A stretch of DNA of 64,000 nucleotides from Candidatus Latescibacterota bacterium (GTDB taxonomy: Bacteria; Latescibacterota; UBA2968; GCA-2709665): the NCBI GenBank assembly GCA_965205485.1, contig OZ242180.1:4640001-4704000 (forward strand). The letters run 5' to 3'. A program made the translations under genes and the position numbers. A model generated the notes under the pieces. The model ran no database searches. It saw nothing but the letters and a program-made list of their open reading frames with translations, and was not told the origin of the DNA. Positions 58,435 to 64,000 of the stretch are shown here, piece by piece. How positions within the stretch are numbered: position 1 is the stretch's first letter; every line of letters begins with the position of its first letter.

Positions 58435-58803
58435 CTAAAACAGCAGACCGCCTTCTCGCGCGCCGTCGGCCAATGCCTTGATCCGGCCATGATACAGGCG
58501 GCCGCCCCGGTCGAATACAACTGTCTTGATCCCGGCTTCCAGTGCCCTGGCCGCCAGGGCCAGGCCCACCTCACGGCCCTTCTGGCTCTTGTTGCCCGAG
58601 AGCGTGTCCCGGATTTCCCGGGAATTGCTCGAGAGTCCAAGCAGGGAACGCCCCGTCGTGTCGTCGATCAGTTGTACTTCGATGTGGTTCAGGCTCCTGC
58701 TCACCGCCAATCGGGGCCTCCCGGGGGTACCGCGGATCTTTTTCCGTATCCGCAATCGGCGGCGCAGTCGCAGCCTGGCCTTCTGGATCTGTGGGTTTGC
58801 CAT
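58435..58803 (-). CDS. rplR: 50S ribosomal protein L18
   Basis: RPRL, VVFDRGG..YHGR; the track's N-terminal extension is MITE-derived. Confidence 0.97.
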   Translation of the reverse strand: MANPQIQKARLRLRRRLRIRKKIRGTPGRPRLAVSRSLNHIEVQLIDDTTGRSLLGLSSNSREIRDTLSGNKSQKGREVGLALAARALEAGIKTVVFDRGGRLYHGRIKALADGAREGGLLF

Positions 58804-58822
58804 AAAATCCGCTCCGTGTCTA

Positions 58823-59132
58823 CCAGTCCGTTGATAAAGTCGCTCTGCAGGCGAGTCCCGAAATATGTCACCATTCATCCGCCGATTCATCCCGTCTGGC
58901 GGCGTTCTTCGCTCGGTGACCGTAAGCAGGTCGCCTCGCTCAGGCGCCTTGCCAGCCGGGCGACTCCGCGGTCGAATTACGGCGATCTATTTCCGGGTCA
59001 GAACACTTGCCATTGTGGTCGAAGACAAGGCGCGCGACCGAGTCCCATCCCTCGATTCGGCGAGGGAGTGCAACGCAGTATTTCGACCGCAAGGGCCGGC
59101 CGTAGCCCGGATGGGCTTTTTCAACGGGCTGT
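58823..59132. mobile_element. MITE family A, 310-bp copy with nested hairpin module (58856-59008)
   Basis: Same ends as 13539-13700; TA on both flanks; between rplF and rplR. Confidence 0.88.
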
Positions 59133-59698
59133 TAGGTTACGGCGGCCTTGCCGGCCTTGCGTCGAACGTACTCGTTGACGTACCGAATTCCCTTACCCTT
59201 ATAAGGCTCGGGGGGACGGACTTTTCGAATATCGGCAGCCACTCGCCCCACCAGTTCCTTATCCGCGCCCCGAACAACAATCGTGGCCTGGGCCGTGTCG
59301 ATTTCGGCGGGGGCGGGTTCGACGCTTATTTCAATGCCGTCCAGGGGTTCGATGATCACGGGATGACTGAAGCCGACCTGTAAATCCAGACTCCTGCCCT
59401 TCATTTCAGCCCGGTACCCCACACCCACGACGACCAGGCGCTTCTCAAATCCGTTGCGCACGCCTTCAACCGCATTGGCCAACAACGCCCGCGTCAGCCC
59501 CCACACGGCTTTCGACTCCCTGTCTTCAACATCCTCTACCGTTACCCGGATCGCGCCGTCTTCCTGTCGGACCCGGGTCAGCGGATGAACCCTGACCGAC
59601 AGTTCGCCCTTGCTGCCCTTAACCAGCACCCCCTCAGACTCTATACGTACCTGAACGCCATCCGGTACGGCAATCGGCTGCCTTCCAACACGTGACAC
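59132..59698 (-). CDS. rplF: 50S ribosomal protein L6
   Basis: SRVGRQPI, GVGYRA, PEPYKGKGIRY. Confidence 0.97.
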   Translation of the reverse strand: MSRVGRQPIAVPDGVQVRIESEGVLVKGSKGELSVRVHPLTRVRQEDGAIRVTVEDVEDRESKAVWGLTRALLANAVEGVRNGFEKRLVVVGVGYRAEMKGRSLDLQVGFSHPVIIEPLDGIEISVEPAPAEIDTAQATIVVRGADKELVGRVAADIRKVRPPEPYKGKGIRYVNEYVRRKAGKAAVT

Positions 59699-59714
59699 CT
59701 GGACTCCTCCCGGT

Positions 59715-60113
59715 TTACCAGAGGTGACAGAGGACCTCGCCGCCGACACCGGCCGTTCGCGCCTCGCTATCCGTCAGTATACCCTGTGGGGTGGAAAGTA
59801 TCGCCACGCCAAGGCCGTTGAGCACTCTGGGGATTTCCCCGACACGGACGTAACGGCGCAACCCCGGCCGGCTGATGCGGTCCAGTCCCTGTATCGCGCT
59901 CTCGTCGTCCGAACTGTACTTGAGATACAGGCGGATGTATCCCTGCCGATTGTCCTCCACGCGGGCGTAGTTGTGGATGAACCCTCTCGACTTCATTATC
60001 CGGGCAATTTCGGTCTTCATCCGGGAACCCGGAATGTCTACCTTCCGGTGCCCGGCACCGGCCGCATTCCGAATACGGGTCAGCATATCCGCAATCGGAT
60101 CGCTCATACTCAT
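59715..60113 (-). CDS. rpsH: 30S ribosomal protein S8
   Basis: DPIADMLTRIRNA, SRPGLRRY. Confidence 0.97.
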   Translation of the reverse strand: MSMSDPIADMLTRIRNAAGAGHRKVDIPGSRMKTEIARIMKSRGFIHNYARVEDNRQGYIRLYLKYSSDDESAIQGLDRISRPGLRRYVRVGEIPRVLNGLGVAILSTPQGILTDSEARTAGVGGEVLCHLW

Positions 60114-60144
60114 AGGGCCAACCGCCTCCTGTCTGTCTGGGCTC

Positions 60145-60330
60145 CTACCAACTCGCCTTCGCGACTCCGGGTATCTCACCCAGCAACGCCAGTTCTCTGA
60201 AACAGATCCTGCAGATACCGAACTGCCTCATGTAGCCTCTCGGACGTCCGCAACGATGGCAACGATTATACCGGCGAACCGCAAACTTCGGCTTCCTGTT
60301 TGCCTTTACAATCAACGTCTTCTTCGCCAC
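60145..60330 (-). CDS. rpsN: 30S ribosomal protein S14, type Z (Zn-binding)
   Basis: RCHRCGR...CRICFR...PGVAKASW, 61 aa. Confidence 0.97.
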   Translation of the reverse strand: MAKKTLIVKANRKPKFAVRRYNRCHRCGRPRGYMRQFGICRICFRELALLGEIPGVAKASW

Positions 60331-60352
60331 AAGTACGCTCACTTTCCTGGAA

Positions 60353-60907
60353 TCAGGCCGCTTCGGCAGTCTGGAACGGCATGCCAAAGCGCCTGAGCAA
60401 TTCAAATGCCTCTTCGTCGGTCCCGGCCGTGGTAACGATGGTTACGTCCAGACCTCTGATCTGATCGATTTCATCGTAGTTGATCTCTGGAAAGATGATC
60501 TGCTCCCGAACCCCCACGGTATAATTTCCCCTGCCGTCAAAGGCATTGGGGGACAAACCCCTGAAATCACGTGTACGTGGTATGGCAAAGGCAAAAAACC
60601 GGTCGAGAAACTCGTACATCCGGTCTCGGCGCAACGTGACTGCACACCCGACGGGCGTACCCTCCCGCAGTTTGAAATTCGAGACGGATTTCTTGGCCCG
60701 ACGTATCGACGGACGCTGGCCCGCGATGGTGGACAGGTCCGCGATGGCGCTGTCGATCGCCTTTGGATTCTGGACGGCCTCTCCCAGCCCCATGTTCAGG
60801 ACGATCTTCTCGAGCCTTGGCACCTGCATTTTGTTCTTGTAGGCGAAATGTGAAACCATCGCCGGGACGATCTCGTTGTTGTAGATTTCACGGAGTCGCG
60901 CAGCCAT
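60353..60907 (-). CDS. rplE: 50S ribosomal protein L5
   Basis: KIVLNMG, FKLREG, FDGRGNY. Confidence 0.97.
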   Translation of the reverse strand: MAARLREIYNNEIVPAMVSHFAYKNKMQVPRLEKIVLNMGLGEAVQNPKAIDSAIADLSTIAGQRPSIRRAKKSVSNFKLREGTPVGCAVTLRRDRMYEFLDRFFAFAIPRTRDFRGLSPNAFDGRGNYTVGVREQIIFPEINYDEIDQIRGLDVTIVTTAGTDEEAFELLRRFGMPFQTAEAA

Positions 60908-60920
60908 CCAGCCCTCGCTA

Positions 60921-61247
60921 TCAGCTTGCTTCGGCAATCTGTTCGCCGCTCTTGACCGAAAGCCGTATCCGTACGCCGTTCTCAAGTCTCTGACGGCGTA
61001 TCCTCGTGGGTTCGTCGGTCTGTGGATCGATCAGCATGAGATTGGAGATGTGTATGGGAGCCTCTTTTTCGATGATACCGCCCTGCTGGTTCTTGGGTCC
61101 CGGCCTGGTATGACGTTTTATGAAGTTCACGCCTTCAACCAGTGCGCGCGACTTTTTCGGGAGTACTCTCAATACGCGTCCACGCCTCCCTGCATCGACA
61201 CCCCCGATGACCTCAACCTGGTCGCCCTTGCGAAGATGAGTTTTCAC
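60921..61247 (-). CDS. rplX: 50S ribosomal protein L24
   Basis: [18 protein letters not shown]. Confidence 0.97.
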   Translation of the reverse strand: MKTHLRKGDQVEVIGGVDAGRRGRVLRVLPKKSRALVEGVNFIKRHTRPGPKNQQGGIIEKEAPIHISNLMLIDPQTDEPTRIRRQRLENGVRIRLSVKSGEQIAEAS

Positions 61248-61275
61248 CTTTCGACGCTCCTCGCTGTCTAAAGAA

Positions 61276-61644
61276 TCAAACCACTTCCGCCGCCAGAGAG
61301 ACAATCCGCATGAACCGCCGGTCGCGCAGTTCCCGCGCGACCGGGCCGAAGATACGAGTTGCCCTGGGTTCTCCCTCGGCGTTTATCAGAACCGCCGCGT
61401 TGTCGTCGAAACGAATGTAGGAACCGTCGGAACGCCGGGCCTCTTTCCGGGTCCGAACAATGACCGCCCGCGCGACTTCCCCTTTCTTCACCGCGCTGTT
61501 GGGCTGGGCGTCCTTTACCGAGACCACAATCGTATCGCCCAGGCCGGCATATTTTCTCCGGGACCCGCCCAGCACCCTGAAACACATGACCTTTCGGGCG
61601 CCGCTGTTGTCGGCGCAGTTCAATACCGTCTGTTCCGTAACCAT
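61276..61644 (-). CDS. rplN: 50S ribosomal protein L14
   Basis: [25 protein letters not shown]. Confidence 0.97.
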   Translation of the reverse strand: MVTEQTVLNCADNSGARKVMCFRVLGGSRRKYAGLGDTIVVSVKDAQPNSAVKKGEVARAVIVRTRKEARRSDGSYIRFDDNAAVLINAEGEPRATRIFGPVARELRDRRFMRIVSLAAEVV

Positions 61645-61657
61645 CCTCCGATACTCC

Positions 61658-61924
61658 CTATTGAACCTTTTCCAGTATCTCGGCAAGACGCCACCGTTTG
61701 GTCTTGCTGATCGGGCGGGTCTCCATAATCAGTACGGTGTCGCCGGCGTTTGCAGCGTTGTTTTCGTCGTGCGCCGCGAATTTGGAACGACGACGGACGA
61801 CTTTGCCGTAAAGCGGATGAGGGGTACGCCACGTGACTTCCACGACGATTGTCTTATCGGCCTGATTGCTCAGAACCCGGCCCACAACGGTCTTGCGACG
61901 TCCCCGCGCGACGGATTGTGCCAT
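61658..61924 (-). CDS. rpsQ: 30S ribosomal protein S17
   Basis: [17 protein letters not shown]. Confidence 0.97.
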   Translation of the reverse strand: MAQSVARGRRKTVVGRVLSNQADKTIVVEVTWRTPHPLYGKVVRRRSKFAAHDENNAANAGDTVLIMETRPISKTKRWRLAEILEKVQ

Positions 61925-61927
61925 AGT

Positions 61928-62173
61928 CTAATTTCCTTCCGATCCGGTGGATTCGGCGCCTGCTTCGCCGGTCGAGGCGTTCACGTCCAGCGTTCGCTCC
62001 CTCAATACGGTTCTGATTCGGGCGATATCCCGCCGGACCGACTTGACCCGGAGCGGATTGTCGAGCTGCTGTGTGACAAGCTGAATTCTCAGGTTGGACA
62101 ACTCCTCGAGCCTGTCTCCAAGCAACTCATCGACCTCGCTCCGCGTCATCTGACGAATCTCGCTGGCTTTCAT
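61928..62173 (-). CDS. rpmC: 50S ribosomal protein L29
   Basis: [17 protein letters not shown]. Confidence 0.96.
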   Translation of the reverse strand: MKASEIRQMTRSEVDELLGDRLEELSNLRIQLVTQQLDNPLRVKSVRRDIARIRTVLRERTLDVNASTGEAGAESTGSEGN

Positions 62174-62589
62174 TCCTCGCTGTCTCCCCGTTCGATAAAC
62201 CGGGTCTTTATAGGCATCTTGTGGCCGGCCTTACGCATGGCTTCTCGGGCGCTTTCCCGCTCAACGCCGTCGATTTCGAACATGATGCGTCCCGGCTTCA
62301 CGACAGCCACCCAGTATTCGGGGTTCCCCTTGCCCTTCCCCATCCGGGTCTCGGCGGGCTTGATGGTGACCGGTTTATCGGGAAACAGCCGGATCCAAAC
62401 CTTTCCCCCGCGCCCGAGCGCGCGGGTGATGGCCACGCGCGCCGCCTCGATCTGCCGGCTGGTGATCCACGCGGGTTCCAGCGCCTGTAGCGCAAATTCA
62501 CCGAAAGCGATCCTGCTCCCCCGGTACGCCATGCCGCGCATGCGTCCACGCTGCTGTTTTCGCCACTTGACCCTTTTCGGCATCAACAT
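62170..62589 (-). CDS. rplP: 50S ribosomal protein L16
   Basis: [18 protein letters not shown]. Confidence 0.98.
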   Translation of the reverse strand: MLMPKRVKWRKQQRGRMRGMAYRGSRIAFGEFALQALEPAWITSRQIEAARVAITRALGRGGKVWIRLFPDKPVTIKPAETRMGKGKGNPEYWVAVVKPGRIMFEIDGVERESAREAMRKAGHKMPIKTRFIERGDSEE

Positions 62590-62621
62590 GGATTCTGATC
62601 CTTACAATTCCTGAATCACCA

Positions 62622-63278
62622 TTACTGTGCAGGCCCCCCGGGGGACCGGCGCTCCACGACCTCGCCGTGACACACCCAGACCTTTACCCCTACCGTGCCG
62701 GAGGTTGTAAAGGCCGTGGAGGTTGCATAGTCGATATCGGCACGAAGCGTATGCAAGGGCACTCTTCCGGCGGGTTCCGACTTTTCGATTCGCGCCATTT
62801 CCGCGCCGCCCAGACGCCCGCCGCATACGATCTTGATGCCGTCGGCGCCCATGCGCATCGCAGAAGCGATGGCTTTCTTCATCGCCCTGCGAAAAGACAC
62901 GCGCTGCTCCAGCTGACGCGCTATGTTGTCGGCAACGAGTTGCGCATTCAGTTCAGGCCGCTTGATTTCCTGGATGTTAATGTAGATCTCTTTTCCGGTG
63001 ATGTGTTTCAGTTCGTCTCTGAGCTTATCGACCTCCTGCCCCTTGCGCCCGATCACGATACCGGGACGCGCGGTGTGCACCGAAATGGTGACCCGCTTCG
63101 GCGCGCGCTCTATCTCGATTTGAGACACGCTTGCCCGTTGCAGCCTGCTCTGGATGTAGCGCCGCAACATCAGGTCTTCCTTGAGCAGTTCGGCAAAATC
63201 CCTTCCGGCAAACCAGCGGGAACGCCAGTCCTTAACGATGCCCAGTCTGAACCCTGTTGGATGTGTTTTCTGGCCCAA
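62622..63278 (-). CDS. rpsC: 30S ribosomal protein S3
   Basis: [25 protein letters not shown]. Confidence 0.98.
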   Translation of the reverse strand: MGQKTHPTGFRLGIVKDWRSRWFAGRDFAELLKEDLMLRRYIQSRLQRASVSQIEIERAPKRVTISVHTARPGIVIGRKGQEVDKLRDELKHITGKEIYINIQEIKRPELNAQLVADNIARQLEQRVSFRRAMKKAIASAMRMGADGIKIVCGGRLGGAEMARIEKSEPAGRVPLHTLRADIDYATSTAFTTSGTVGVKVWVCHGEVVERRSPGGPAQ

Positions 63279-63296
63279 AAGAAACCCTCCCGACGG

Positions 63297-63638
63297 CTAA
63301 CCGTCGTCCGAAACGACCAGTGTGATATGGCTGCAGCGTTTTCGGATGAACCCCGCCGCGCCCCGCGGCATGGGTCGGACCCGGCGCATGGCGATGGCGC
63401 CGTTCACGAACGCCTCCTGTACGTAAAGGTCTTCTTCCCTGACCGCGGACGCCTCGCTGTTGGCGGCGTTGGCCACCGCCGAACGGAGTGTGCGCTCCAC
63501 GAAACGGGCAGCCTTCTTGGGCGTAAACTGAAGAATGTGAAACGCCTCTTCAACCCCTTTGCCGCGAACAAGATCGACGACCTGTCGGACCTTCCGGGGT
63601 GAAATCCTGACGTATCTGGAGACTGCCCTGGCCGTCAT
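63297..63638 (-). CDS. rplV: 50S ribosomal protein L22
   Basis: RISPRKVR, SAVANA, SHIT. Confidence 0.97.
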   Translation of the reverse strand: MTARAVSRYVRISPRKVRQVVDLVRGKGVEEAFHILQFTPKKAARFVERTLRSAVANAANSEASAVREEDLYVQEAFVNGAIAMRRVRPMPRGAAGFIRKRCSHITLVVSDDG

Positions 63639-63699
63639 TGAGTTCCTTCTCCTGATAAAACCGCTGTCCCGCCGGCCGGAAAACCGGGAACAACCGGCG

Positions 63700-63987
63700 C
63701 TACTTCAGTCCCGTCGAACGCTCGGTGAGGCTACCCGAGTGCCCTCGAAAAGTCCGCGTAGGCGCGAACTCACCCAACTTGTGGCCCACCATGTTCTCCG
63801 TGATGTACACCGGAATGAACTTGTTCCCGTTGTGTACAGCCAGCGTATGACCGACGAATTCCGGTGATATGGTCGAACGGCGCGCCCACGTCTGAATCAC
63901 GCGCTTGTTGCCCGATTTGTTCATTCCCTCGATCTTCGTTAGAAGACCCGGGTCCACGTAGGGACCTTTTTTCAGCGACCTTGACAT
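63700..63987 (-). CDS. rpsS: 30S ribosomal protein S19
   Basis: [21 protein letters not shown]. Confidence 0.98.
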   Translation of the reverse strand: MSRSLKKGPYVDPGLLTKIEGMNKSGNKRVIQTWARRSTISPEFVGHTLAVHNGNKFIPVYITENMVGHKLGEFAPTRTFRGHSGSLTERSTGLK

Positions 63988-64000
63988 TCAATCCTCGCCG

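Noticed and set aside
58804..58890. N-terminal extensions on L18 and on CoA-transferase B (13496-13660) in the ORF track
   Set aside because: Both read through MITE A sequence (shared SPAERLYQRT); the true starts are downstream.

Overview
GC-rich diderm bacterial chromosome segment. The BamD lipoprotein, bamD-nadD linkage and rpsD in the alpha operon are compatible with an FCB-group or Latescibacterota-like lineage, but that is inference only. Left end (1-4.4 kb): a toxin-antitoxin-rich island with two VapC systems, an orphan MNT, an orphan XRE antitoxin with a toxin remnant, a sigma54-type promoter, and a YhaO/SbcD-like nuclease that runs off the window and is missed by the ORF track. 4.5-31 kb: mostly minus-strand catabolic genes (Zn-ADH, two tandem uncharacterised paralogues, His-box desaturase, FAH, creatininase, CoA-transferase A/B, 3-hydroxyacyl-CoA DH, SDR, Ntn acylase, D-aminoacylase, enolase-superfamily dehydratase, isochorismatase, degenerate GH38) plus transporters. 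32-52 kb: housekeeping genes (zapA, nadD, bamD, rbsK, eukaryote-like large purL, folD, propeller-PP2C sensor, adk, greA, rlmD). 52.5-64 kb: S10(part)-spc-alpha ribosomal operons with secY, an untracked rpmJ and rpoA. The most notable non-coding signal is two MITE families with different ends that carry the same covarying hairpin core (CAAGGCG...AACGC[A/C]G); one copy sits in the rplF stop codon. No CRISPR, rRNA or convincing tRNA was seen. All calls come from reading the sequence; no searches were run.
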